Source of the DNA: Marsupella aquatica
Taxonomy: Eukaryota; Plantae; Marchantiophyta
Length of the DNA stretch: 64,000 nt
Assembly: GCA_973895155.1 (NCBI GenBank)
Contig: OZ316895.1
Span: 23,706,281 to 23,770,280, forward strand
Direction: 5' to 3'
The position numbers and the translations under genes were made by a program. Numbering within the stretch: the first letter of the stretch is position 1; each line of letters begins with the position of its first letter. The notes under the pieces are model-generated. The model made no database searches, was not told where the DNA came from, and saw only the letters and a program-made list of their open reading frames with translations. Below are positions 26,733 to 38,605 of this stretch, piece by piece.

Positions 26733-28608
26733 AAGCCTGGGAGGTGACGTTGAGGTGATCAAAATTTTCGTGACGTGTTGGTGACGGTTTTTCCAGCGGT
26801 TAGAGTCAGTGGATTTCACGGAGTTCCATCGCATGGAACTTGGAGGTGTTGGGCTCAACGGATAGATCGGGGCAAGGGCTATCTAACGGTACGAAGAAAT
26901 CACTGATCGGACTTTGTGGAGTGGAGGAATCAAAGTTCTCGTCGTTCTGGAATTTTTTGTGAAAAGAGACACGTATTCGACGGTTTCTTCGACAGAGGAG
27001 GGACCTGAGATTGTTTTTTCGACGGTGTGAGCTTTGTGGTCCGTGAGACGTTGCATACTATAGCTCAAATCGTAGATCGGGGGAAGCTGGTCGTTTCGGT
27101 ATCTGGTTTGTTGTCCAGGGTGAACCGAGTGCGACACAACGAGCGAAAGAGATATTTCTGAAATTTTCCATGGCTATGGAGACATAGCCTTGGCTGAAGC
27201 AGGTTTCTCGACGTCACACTCGGCTTGGGGGGAGAAACGGGAAGTGCAACGGCTCAACGGAGAGATCGCGGTGCGGTGGTCATTTTGAGTCCGAGATTGG
27301 CACTTGATGCGGAGTGAAGGAGTAGTGACTCGAAGTTTTTACTCTGCTAGAGTTGCAGACGGCGCCGGTGAAATTCGAAAACATTTCCCGTCGGTGAAGT
27401 GCACTTTTCTCGTGTGAAACGGTGACATTTTCAGTAAGTAACACGACAATTTTTTTTGCGGCAACATTTGTGCGTTTTAAAGGGGTTTTAACCCCTTATG
27501 TGTATACATGTGCACCCCCCCAGGCATACGATAACCCCCCCGGCGCGCGTATAGCGCCGTATTCGCGCGCGTATACGGTGCCCCCCCCCTTCCCCCCTTC
27601 ATAAAAGTCACATAGGGCCTTGTGCCCTGGACATACCCCCCTTCCCCCCTTACGCTAGCCCTCCTCCCACCTCCTCATTAAAGCTACATAGGGCCTTGTG
27701 CCCTGGACATTCCCCTCCCCTTCCCCCCTCATTAAAGCCACATAGGGCCTTGTGCCCTATTTATTAACTCCCTCCCCTCTCCTCTTTTCTGCACGCCTCC
27801 CCTCCACCATAGGGCCTTGTGCCCTTGCATAGGGCCTTGTGAGTCAATTAAAGAGGGGGAGCCAGGCCAGGAGGGCACGCTGCCCTATGAGCCATTAAGG
27901 CAGAGTACCCCACCTCCCACCCACATATGTATATGCGCAGTACCCTGTCCGCGTACCAGCGTATCCCTGGCCCTTAATACACTGTATTTTTTGAAAAGGG
28001 ATTCAACCCCCCTTTAGGGCAATTTTTTCCTTTTTCTCCTCTTTCTCCCATTGGCTAAGCGGCATCCCGGGCCCGGTGACCCGGCAATTTAACCGCTCCG
28101 ACAGGGGGAACAGCCCCCTGTGCGACCTGCCGCACAGTCCGGGGAATATTCCGAAAAAACAGAGAGCTGTTTTTCGGCCTTTAGTCGAAGATTCCAAGGT
28201 CCAAACGGTAACTTTTTTCGGATCTTTTTTGGCGAGGACGTAGCCACTGAAGCTAGCAACGCGGTGCACCACTCGATTTTCATTTCTGACGACGGGTGGT
28301 ACTTGGAATTTTTCTTATTCCCCGAGGTGGTCAAAACGGGGGAGAATTTTTTGAGTTTTACCCACCCCGATCGAAACGTGAAAAAGTTTTTCGTTGGAAC
28401 TCGGTTTCGATTTTGGATTTCAGCATTGGCTTGCTAGGCTGGTGGGCTACGTGGCAGTGACAAGTTTCAAGTTTTTTGGAAAGTTGTGAAAAATGATATT
28501 TTTTCATGATTTGGATTTGAGTCAACGGGACGGAAGGAAGGAAAAAGCGACAAAAGGATATAGGGAGCAACAAAGAAATAATACGTGGAGAACGTCGGGA
28601 GGACAACG

Positions 28609-29511
28609 ATGGCATCCAAGTTTGGAGGTGTCAAGTTTGAGGTGGAAAATTATGATGGGCGCACGGATTATTTGCTATGGGAGAAACAAGTTAAGGGAAT
28701 TCTTCATGCTATGGGCCTAGATCATCTGCTTTCGACTCGGGAGGAGTCTAGCAGTGAGGAGGAGATCCTGTTGAGGAAATGGAGGCAGGAGCAAGTGATC
28801 GTTGTGAATGCGGTTATATTGTATCTGAAGCCATATATCATTAAGAAGCTAGACGATTACGAGGATTGCGTATCCTTATTCAAGGCCCTCAGAGAGAAGT
28901 ACTACCGTGAGGATGCCTCAGATCGGTTGTACAAGAAATCTCTCTTGATGAGCTTGAGGCTAAAAGAAGGAGGCAAGCTTCGAGATCACTTGGATGAATT
29001 CGATAGTCTAGCTGTAGATTTGTCAAATCTTGGCAAGGGAGTGGAAGATGAAGATAAGGCATTGCTTCTTCTCAGCTCCTTACCCCCATCGTATCAAGGT
29101 TTGAAGCAGGTTCTCTTGTATAGAGACCTCAAAACCATTTCATATGATGAGGTGGTAAGCTCTTTGCTGTCAGATGATGCACAGAAGAAATTGGGTCATA
29201 CCCAGACACCATCTTCATCTGGCAGTGTGTTGAATGTGAACCGCGGGAGGACTCAACAGCGGATGACTAGTGAAAACAGGTCATTTTCACAATCATACCC
29301 CTCACGGAACAGAGGCAAGGAGAAGGTTCGGTCTAAGTCTAGATCCAGGTCTAGAGAGAAATCTCTAGAAAGGAAACCAATTATATGTTGGAAATGTAAC
29401 AAGCTCGGCCACATGAAAAGAGACCGTCGAGTCAAGCAGACTCACCAACCATCAGTGAACACAGCCACTGATATTGATATGATTGACTTGCTTGATGATG
29501 AAATCTTGTGA
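28609..29511 (+). CDS. gag: Copia gag
   Basis: KFEVENYDGRTDYLLWEKQV and DEDKALLLLSSLPPSY motifs. The zinc knuckle CWKCNKLGHMKRDR has its last Cys replaced by Arg. Ends in TGA. Confidence 0.9.
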   Translation: MASKFGGVKFEVENYDGRTDYLLWEKQVKGILHAMGLDHLLSTREESSSEEEILLRKWRQEQVIVVNAVILYLKPYIIKKLDDYEDCVSLFKALREKYYREDASDRLYKKSLLMSLRLKEGGKLRDHLDEFDSLAVDLSNLGKGVEDEDKALLLLSSLPPSYQGLKQVLLYRDLKTISYDEVVSSLLSDDAQKKLGHTQTPSSSGSVLNVNRGRTQQRMTSENRSFSQSYPSRNRGKEKVRSKSRSRSREKSLERKPIICWKCNKLGHMKRDRRVKQTHQPSVNTATDIDMIDLLDDEIL

Positions 29512-29517
29512 AGTTAA

Positions 29518-32500
29518 GATGTTGCCCTTTGCATTTCATCCAGTAACAACGGTGATGAATGGATTCTAGATTGTGCCTGTACCTATCATATTTGTTGTAT
29601 GAAAGAGTTTTTTAGTTCTTACTCAGTATCAACCGGTTCCGTGTTGATGGGGAATGATCATCCTTGTCAAATTGTTGGAATTGGATCCGTGAAAATTTGG
29701 ATGTTTGATGGAGCTGTGCGAACAGTGAGTAATGTTAGACACATACCTGACATGAAAAAGAACTTGATTTCTCTTGGAATGCTGGAAGCAAATGGATGTT
29801 GGTGGAATTCTGCTGATGGTATTCTTCAAGTGTCAACCGGAGGCAAGGTTGTCATGAAGGGTAAGCGGCACAAGAATCTATATTTGTTGGAGGGCAACGT
29901 GATTCGTGAAGAAGCCAATGTAACTAGATCTCAAGGCGAGATGACTCAGTTGTGGCACTACAGATTGGGACACATGAGTGAAAAAGGTTTGGCGGTACTT
30001 CGCAGGAAAGGACTTCTTTCTAATTTAGAATCTACTAAGTTAGATTTTTGTGAACACTGTGTGCTTGGGAAGCAACACAGGAGAACCTTTGGTGTTGGAA
30101 CTCACAATATCAAAGCTATACTTGAGTATGTACATAGTGATGTGTGGGGTCCAGCCCCAACTCCCTCATTTTTCTGGAAAATTGTACTATGTCACGTTTA
30201 TTGATGACTACTCACGGTATGTGTGGATCACATTTCTACACGCAAAGTCTGAAGTTTTTGGCACTTTTAAGAAATGGAAAGCCCAAATTGAGAATCAGAC
30301 TGGATCCAAGGTGAGGTATCTGCGATCTGATAACGGCGGGGAGTACAGTTCAAGTGAATTTGAACTGTATTGTGCAAAGCAAGGGATTACTCGTCATCTC
30401 ACAACAGTTTATACTCCTCAACAAAATGGTGTTTGTGAGCGGCTGAACCGAACACTATTGGAGCGATCGAGGAGTATGTTGAGCCAATCAGGTTTACCGC
30501 ATGAATTTTGGGCTGAAGCTGTAAATACGGCAACTTATTTGGTAAATCTTTCTCCTTCAAGTGCAATCAATTTCAAGACGCCGTTTGAAATGAGGTATGG
30601 ACGACACGCAGACTATCAGGTTTTGAGAGTCTTTGGAAGTGATGCATATGCTCTCACACCTAAGCAAAATCGATCTAAACTAGATTCTACTTCCAAGAAG
30701 TGTCTTTTTCTTGGTTATCAACCAGGTGTGAAAGGTTATAGGCTATGGGATCCAGCAACTTGTACATTGCTTGTCAGTAGAGATGTATCCTTTAATGAAT
30801 CTAAATCATCAAAGGAGGGGGAGAATGCACAGACTTCCCGTACTGACAAAGGTAAATCTCCTATCCTGGACCATGTTGAGGGGGAGATTGGTCATGAGGG
30901 TTTTTATGACATAGTTGAAGAAGGTGCTCCGATAATGGAGCTGGTTCCGATGATGGAACAAGAAGAGCAGGTTGTTGTTGGAATACCTCAAAATCAACCA
31001 ACGGAACAAGATCAACCAGAATCATCAGCTAGAAAATCAAGGCGAACTACTCGAGCTCCTACAAGGTATGGACAATGGACAGATTCATCAAGGTTAGATG
31101 ATGCTGACATTGCATCGGATGATGATGACAGAGCACTGATCTTGGAAGAAGGAGAACCGTCTTCATATCATGAGGCAAGCATTTCAGACGAGAAAGATGA
31201 ATGGAATGCAACAATGCAGAGGGAGTTGCAATCTTTAAGTGACAACAAAATATGGGAGCTGGTGCAACTGCCAAGTGATCAACAAGTGGTGGATAGCAAG
31301 TGGATTTACAAGCTGAAGGACAACTCTTCAGATGGAGGAGACAAGATATACAAGGCAAGGCTTGTTGCCAAAGGATTCACTCAGGAGAAGGGAGTGGATT
31401 ACAATGAGGTCTTCTCTCCAGTTGCCAAGTATTCCACGATAAGAATTTTGTGTCAACTTGTTGTGTTTTTTGATCTGGTGTTAGATCAAATGGATTTTGT
31501 TACTGCTTTTCTCTATGGCACCTTGGAGGAACAAATTTTCATGAGGCAATCACTGGGCTTTGTGAAGAAGGGTCAAGAGAGTTTAGTTTGCAGGTTACTT
31601 AAGTCCTTGTATGGATTGAAGCAAGCTCCTCGACAGTGGAACAAGCGGTTTGATGATTTCATGCTTGCACAAGGATTCACTAGGATGGTGTATGACCCTT
31701 GTGTGTATACAAAATCAGTCAATAATGGTGTGTTTGGTTTGCTCATTCTAGTGCTCTATGTGGATGACATGTTGATTGCGGCTAAGGATCAAACTGAGGT
31801 TGACAAACTCAAAGCAAAATTGAGTTCTGAATTCCGAATGAAGGATCTTGGGAAAGCCAAGAGGATCTTAGGTATGGAGATTACGAGGAACTTTGAAACT
31901 GGACAATTGTGGCTGAATCAAGGCAAGTATGCTGAAAAGGTACTTGCAAGATTCAACATGGAAAATTGTAAGCCAGTAAGTATTCCTTTGGCTCCACATT
32001 TCAAGTTATCATCGGCTTTCTGCCCCACGGATCCAGTGGAGAGAGGCTTGATGACTAAGGTTCCTTATGAGAAGGCAGTGGGCAGTCTAATGTATTTGAT
32101 GACATGTACCAGGCCTGATCTAGCCCTAGCAATGGGCAAAGTGAGTAGATTCATGTCAAATCCAGGGAAGGTACATTGGGAGGCTGTGAAATGGATTCTC
32201 AGGTATCTTAAGGACACAATAGACTATGGTCTGTTGTTTGATAGTAGATCAAACAAAACCAAATCTTTGGTTGGCTATGTAGATTCTGACTACGGAGGCT
32301 GTCTGGAAACAAGGAGGTCAACGACTGGGTATGTGTTTACTCTTGGAGGAGGATGCATAAGTTGGAGATCTACCTTGCAGAAGTGTGTATCGCAGTCTAC
32401 TACAGAAGCAGAATATGTTGCAGCAGCAGAAGCAGCAAAGGAAGCAATTTGGTTGGATAAGCTGGTCACTGAGATGGGATTGGAGCATGGAAAAATGGCT

Positions 32501-32740
32501 CTTCATTGTGACAGCCAGAGTGCGCTTCACCTAGCTATTAACCAAGTGATGGATAGCAGGGTGAAGCACATTGACATCAGGTACCATTTTATTAGGCAAG
32601 CAGTGTCTGATAAAATGTTTGAGCTAGTCAAGATTGATGGAAAACTCAACCCGGCTGATGCTTTTACCAAAGTGATTCCTTTGGAGAGTTACTCAAGACA
32701 CCGTGCTACTTTGCAGGTTTTGCATTTGCAACACAAGTAG
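29518..32740 (+). pseudogene. pol: Copia pol (PR, GAG-pre-integrase, INT, RT, RNase H) with a +1 frameshift at 30169-30173
   Basis: WILDCACTYH, LWHYRLGHMS, CEHC, VHSDVWGP, LRSDNGGEY, TPQQNGVCER, YKARLVAKGF, YVDDML, STTEAEY and KHIDIRYHF. One extra T in a T5 run splits INT into two ORFs. Confidence 0.92.
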
Positions 32741-32927
32741 AGTAACTTAACAAGATGTGATTTTTGTATATGAGTTACTCAATCCTGTTATGGCTACGGC
32801 TTAATTCTAGTTAACTCTTAGTTAACCTTAAATGGTTTTTAGGGGGACACCTATGGTTTTAGGTGATTGTCTAGAATTTCCCGTTGAGGATCTCATATGG
32901 ATAGCAGAAATTGCAGTCCCCAAGACT

Positions 32928-32942
32928 AGAGTCAAGGGGGAG
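32928..32942 (+). promoter_or_regulatory. Polypurine tract
   Basis: AGAGTCAAGGGGGAG immediately before the 3' LTR. Confidence 0.9.
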
Positions 32943-32944
32943 TT

Positions 32945-33265
32945 TGTTAAGGATTGCTCTTAGTCTTGTGACTCAAAGGTTACGGCACTTAGGCTAACCA
33001 CAGTTAGGGTCTTAGTTGAGGTTAGTTTAGTCGTGTGTGACCTTGTATATACCAGGGCTAGTGTAAGCCGCTGGTGTGTGGTGCTTACTCATTGTAACGG
33101 AGCAACTTGAGGAAGGGGGAGAGCATGTGTGTTCGTCTACTCTTGAAGTAAAGCTTGAGTGTTCGTGTGGACGTAGCCTTGGAGAGGAGGTGAACCACGT
33201 CTACTACGTGTGCATGGAATGAGTCATGGTTGTATGGTCGTTGCGAATGACGTCTTAGTTCAACA
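32945..33265 (+). repeat. 3' LTR (321 bp)
   Basis: TGTTAAGG...TTCAACA followed by the TSD GTTTC. Confidence 0.97.
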
Positions 33266-33559
33266 GTTTCCTTGACAATGGTAGTCCTAGCTAACATAGC
33301 CCAGTGGTTTATGTGTTCTGTGGCAAGTGAGGTCCCAAGTTCAAGCGTCATAGATCAAACAACTTTTACACAAACCCCCATCCCAAAGTGGGATCTCCAA
33401 AGCACTTGCGCACAAAACACTTGACCTTTCGAGAAATTGGAGGTTATTCGTTACCACTTAAATTAATGGGAATGAGCAAATGAATCAATCTTAAAGGCAA
33501 CAACTCCAAGTAATGTTAGCAAGGACAAGGTGGACCCAAGCAGTTGGCAGGCAAAGCCA

Positions 33560-33845
33560 TTTCTTTCAGGTGACAAATTCACCAAATTTCACCTCACTGA
33601 AAAGCTTTTTAGTTGCAAAAATTTGCCAAACCCCCTCTCACAGAAAAGTTTTAGCAGACAAAATTGGTGACTTTCTCAACTAGCCACAGACCCCACTAGC
33701 CAGAATCTGATGGTTATCCTAAATCTAGTGAGATCTAACGGTCAAAAATCAATATAGGGAAAGTAGTTAAGCAATTTTCTTAGCATCCTCTCCTTCCCAC
33801 AAAATGACATGTGCCACCTTTGTGAAACCAAAAGAAAACTATCAA
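33560..33845 (+). repeat. Dispersed repeat family C, copy 1 (inverted partner at 39600-39870)
   Basis: TAGCCAGAATCT..AAATCTAG.GAGATCT.ACGGTCA..AGCATC.TCTCCTT..ACAT.TGCCAC is shared with the reverse complement of 39600-39870. Confidence 0.8.
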
Positions 33846-35251
33846 AATTGCCCTGGGCAGCAGTGGCTCCTTTTGTATTTTGGGCAGGTGGCATTTAGGA
33901 CTAGTTGAGATGCCTTTGCTTAGCAAAAATTCTGTACTTGAGTTGTATGGTCATCTTATGACTGTTAAGTCTATACACTTCTTAATTACATTGCCACTAA
34001 AGTTCCCTGGATTTATCAAGCTGATTTAACTGTTATGTGTGTGGTTAAAATACTCCCACAGTTTTCCTGTATGGTCACCTTAGTGAACTAGTTTTACTTG
34101 TTGTATTGTATCACATTGTATAAGAGTGACAATATTGAAAATACTAGAAACAATTGATGGGATGATTCATTCCATACTTAGACAAAAGAACAAAGAAAAA
34201 TGTCAAAATATCATGCAAACCTTGTGCATAGGTTACCTGAAGCAACCTAAAGATTGATAGTAAGTATGGTAGAAATTCAAATCTAAACTAAGACATGAAT
34301 CATATTTTCTTCACTTCGGAACTTGCAGTTTGCGTGACAGACGCCACTACTCTATGGTTTCCCCCATGGTGTAGTTTGTCATTCAACATGGTTTGACTAT
34401 AAAATTTATGGTAACTCTTATTGGTGATAATATCAAGCTAAAATTTATTATAGTAACTGTTACAAGAACACATCTGACACAAAAGTGTAGGAGGGGCCTA
34501 GTTTTTAACAAAAGTTTTGTGAGGGCCTATCTTGTAAATTTTGTAAATTTATTTTGGGAGGGGTCCATCAAGCATAATTATACCTCATTTTTTTAGGGGA
34601 ATTAAACAGAGCGGCAAATATCGGCAATATTCCTGACAACTTTAGGGACAAAGTACTTAACCAACAGACAGTTTGACTAATAGATCACAATTAAAAAAAC
34701 AAAAAAAAAACCTCTTTTGATCATTCACAAGCCCCTTTACCTAGCAGCAAATGTGCAAAAACTTTAAGGAAACACTGTCGTCAGAGCTCAAGGGAGGCAT
34801 CGTCGGTTTTGGGGCGCCGCCACACCAAGTGCTGCCACCCGAATCTGCACCGGTGATGTCGCTCTAAATGCTTGTAGACGAACTCTCGTTTGAACCCAAC
34901 TTTTTGCAATTTATCTGTTTGGGTTCAGGGTTTAAAATCCCACTCGCATTTCAGTCAGTCTTGCAAAACCGCCCCGACCCATTCACCTAAATGGTTCACG
35001 GAAAACTATTCTTTCGTCGAGCACTGAGTTGATTTTGGGGAGCATAAATCCTCGAGCCTTTGGTCAAGACATTGGCTGGAAGGGGCGACATTGGTGTTGT
35101 GCAGGAAATGCATATACTGGGAGTTGTGGTTTAAGGTCGATGTCCGATAAGGCAATCTCGTGGAGCAGTCACGGAGAGGTGGAAGGCAGGAACGAGTTGA
35201 TTTTGGGGAGCAGGAGGGCCGAAAGCAGGAACGTTTGTAGCGGGGAGTGGC

Positions 35252-37754
35252 ATGGGTTCAGTGGAGAAGACAGCCGAGAAGCACAAAGGCAATGTGGTGC
35301 TGGTTCTAGATTTTGGGTCACAGTACACACATCTCATCACTCGTCGAATTAGAGGACTCTCGATCGTCTCCTTCTGCAATCCAGCTGGAAGCTCGTTGGA
35401 TTCCATCAGGGCCTTAAACCCTTCTGCCATAGTCTTGTCCGGGGGCCCACATTCAGTTCACGAGGAGGGCTCCCCCACTGTGCCGGATGGATTCTTTGAC
35501 TACATCAGAGAAAACAAAATTGCTGTTCTTGGAGTCTGCTACGGTCTTCAGCTCATCGTCAAGGTTCTTGGCGGCGAAGTGAAACCAGCAGAGAGTCAAG
35601 AGTATGGGCGAATGCAAATCAAGACAGTGAAGAGCAGTAGACTATTTGGAGATTTGGATGACGTGAAAGAGCAGACTGTGTGGATGAGCCATGGAGACGA
35701 AGCTGTCAAGTTGCCTCCGGGCTTTACAGTTGTGGCACACAGCAACCAGGGAAATATAGCAGCTATTGAAAATCCGTCTATCCATGTGTATGCGTTGCAA
35801 TATCATCCCGAGGTAATAGATGATTGCATATAAAACCTTAAAGCCTAAACCCTCATGATCCCGAGAAATGACTAGGTCTCCCACGAATTTGCTTTCCAGG
35901 AGGTGGTCGAGATGTTTTGTAATTCCTTACATGCTCTGGACAGAAAAATGATTATCTGATCAGCAGAGTAAATTGTGCAGGTTTCCCACTCAGAGAAGGG
36001 GATTGAGACCCTCAAATACTTTCTAGAAGAAGTGGCAGGGATATCTCCGGACTGGACTCTACAGGATGTTCTGACAGAGCAAATTGAGCTTGTGAGATCC
36101 GATATTGGGCCGGATGCTCATGCCATTTGTGCTCTTTCTGGGGGTGTGGATTCTGCCGTTGCTGCTACGCTTGTCCACAGGGCGATTGGAGATCGTCTCC
36201 ACTGTGTTTTTGTAGACAATGGACTACTTAGGTGAGCCAAATCCTTGTAATTTTCGTGCTCGCTACGTCGTGTTTCCTTTCCTGAAGGTTTTACGTTTCT
36301 ATCTTCTGCTCTCCCACCAGTCTATGTTCATTCTACAGAGACTCCAGCATCATGAACATGTCTCTCGAAGGAATTCGTCTCTAACCTTCATAAGATTAAT
36401 TCAGCATTCCATTTCAAATGAGAGTAAAGGATCTTGTACCTTTGCATGATCTGGAGTCCTGTGGTGTATTACATCTTTTGAATAAAACCTAATTTGGGAC
36501 ATTTTCTGGAATTCTAGGTACAAGGAGCAAGAGCGGGTAATGGCGACCTTCAAGAGTGATCTGCATCTGCCGGTCACGTGTGTTGATGCTACGGAACAAT
36601 TTCTGAGCAAACTGAAGGGGGTGTCAGATCCTGAAAGAAAGCGCAAAATTATTGGTGCAGAGTTTATTGCTGTTTTTGACGAATTTGGGAAGAAGCTAGA
36701 GAAAGTACTGGGCAGGAAGCCTGCTTTCCTTGTGCAGGGAACTCTTTATCCAGATGTGATTGAGTCATGCCCACCCCCAGGAAGTGGAAAATCGCACTCC
36801 CATACCATTAAAAGCCATCACAATGTTGGAGGCCTTCCTCCAGGAATGCAACTAAAGCTCGTTGAACCCTTGAAATGGCTCTTCAAGGACGAGGTAAACT
36901 CGCCAATCGCTTCGTGGGTAGTCTCTGTTATAGCCCTTGTTACTATTGCTCCTCTACAGACTCCTGGTGACTTAGGATGACAAAAATCGTCTCACTGCAG
37001 GTGCGCAAACTGGGAGCACTTTTGGAAGTTCCCCAATTTTTCTTGCAGCGCCATCCATTTCCTGGTCCTGGGTTAGCTGTGCGGGTGATGGGAGACGTAA
37101 CAACAGCGAATGCTTTAGATACTCTGCGCCTGGTACGACGCAAATTCTTTACTTTTATGTTGGGTTAAAATCTAGTAGAGTTTGCTCTCTAGGAGAAGGT
37201 TTAAGGTTCAGTAGGAAAACCTTCTGCCAAGTGTGCCTCTCTAATTTGAAACAGTGAATTTCTTACGTGTGCTTTTGATATCATGAATTTGAATGCAGGC
37301 AGATGAGATTTTCATCAATAGCATCAGAGAAGCTGGTCTTTATGATGAAATATGGCAAGCATTTGCAGTCTACCTGCCTGTGAAGACTGTAGGCGTTCAA
37401 GGGGATAGGAGGACCCATTCCCATGCAATTGCTTTGAGAGCTATTACCAGTCAAGATGGAATGACAGCCGATTGGTACGTTTCATACATTGCAACAATTC
37501 TATGATAATCTGTAGTTTGGTTCGAATGACATCTCACGTTGGATGGTCCTCGCATAACGTGTTTTTACACGAAGCGCTGGTTTTGTACACCTGAAGCCTA
37601 AAACTGTGGCACATCTGGAACGCTTTGCAGGTACCACTTTGATTCAAAGTTTTTGGCCGCTGTATCGTCCAAGATCTGTAACACTGTGAGGGGTATCAAT
37701 CGGATAGTCTATGACATCACCTCGAAACCACCTGCAACTGTAGAATGGGAGTAG
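35252..37754 (+). CDS. GMPS: GMP synthase (glutamine-hydrolysing); exons 35252-35812, 35981-36231, 36518-36893, 37001-37132, 37299-37474, 37631-37754
   Basis: [73 protein letters not shown] and [14 protein letters not shown]. Five GT-AG introns. Confidence 0.97.
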
Positions 37755-38264
37755 TTGATGGGGTGGCACAGCAAGCCATATTTTTATTTCTGCTGGCTAT
37801 TTGTGTGAGTGATGGCAAGCCGGGTGGAAAAGGGACCCTCGTCTGTGATTTTTTATACAAAGTGTATACCAATAAAGGAACCTTTGCTAGTAAAGGTGAC
37901 ATATTTTCTTTACTAAGAATTCAAGTGAAAGTGATCGAGGTTCAAGTTTTGCTTTGTTTCTCAAAACTGTCTGAAGAAATTGTGTTTCTGTTTTCTTCAA
38001 ATTTATGCGTGACATCTGATAAACGTCCAGATGAGAAGCTAAACTCGAGGACAAATCTGGACGTTTATCTGCACATTTATCGTGGGTTTTTAATGAATCA
38101 GACCTATATTTCAAAGTGCACATGTACCTGATCATGCCTGTTTAAGTGTCCCGCTGGCCCTGATGCCAAACCTGGTGGAGGTTAGTAACATAACTACAAA
38201 ATGTTCTCAAGAAAATTAAAAATTCCACTATTTTGTCCTCCCCAAACCTGTGTTAATCAGGGGC

Positions 38265-38605
38265 TGTTTAATCTAAACACTAAAATATGCAGTCTAGATC
38301 TTTCTTTCCTATTGCTTGTTGATGAAATGTAATTATGGTGGGAAGCCTCCTTGACTGATCATGTGTATTTTTGTGTTTTTCATATAAGGTTAATCTAAGC
38401 ACTATAATGTCCAATCTGCTCTTTCTTTCTTAGTAGTTGTTTATGAAATGTGAGTTTACACTATAATATCTGTTTATGTTTTTCATTTAAGTTTAATCTA
38501 AACACTTTAATATCCAAATCCTGCTCTTTCTCTGTTATTGTCTGTAAATTACACTATAATATTCAGTTCAATTCTTTCTTTCTTATTGTTTGTTTATGAA
38601 ATGGG
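38265..38605 (+). repeat. Degenerate AT-rich tandem repeat, about 4 copies
   Basis: (TAATCTAA)ACACT(A/T)AAT..TCTTTCTTTC..TTGTT..ATGAAATG at about 38268, 38391, 38494 and 38550. Confidence 0.7.

Larger units (their letters stand above)
26387..33265 (+). mobile_element. Full-length Ty1/copia LTR retrotransposon (Tnt1/Tork-like), 6879 bp
   Basis: TG..CA LTRs at 26387-26718 and 32945-33265. Perfect 5-bp TSD GTTTC at 26382-26386 and 33266-33270. PBS and PPT are present, and the domain order is gag-PR-INT-RT-RH. Confidence 0.98.

Noticed and set aside
27600-27850. CRISPR-like repeat-spacer appearance
   Set aside because: The repeats are only 18 bp, the spacers are low-complexity and related to each other, there are no cas genes, and the array lies inside a plant retrotransposon.
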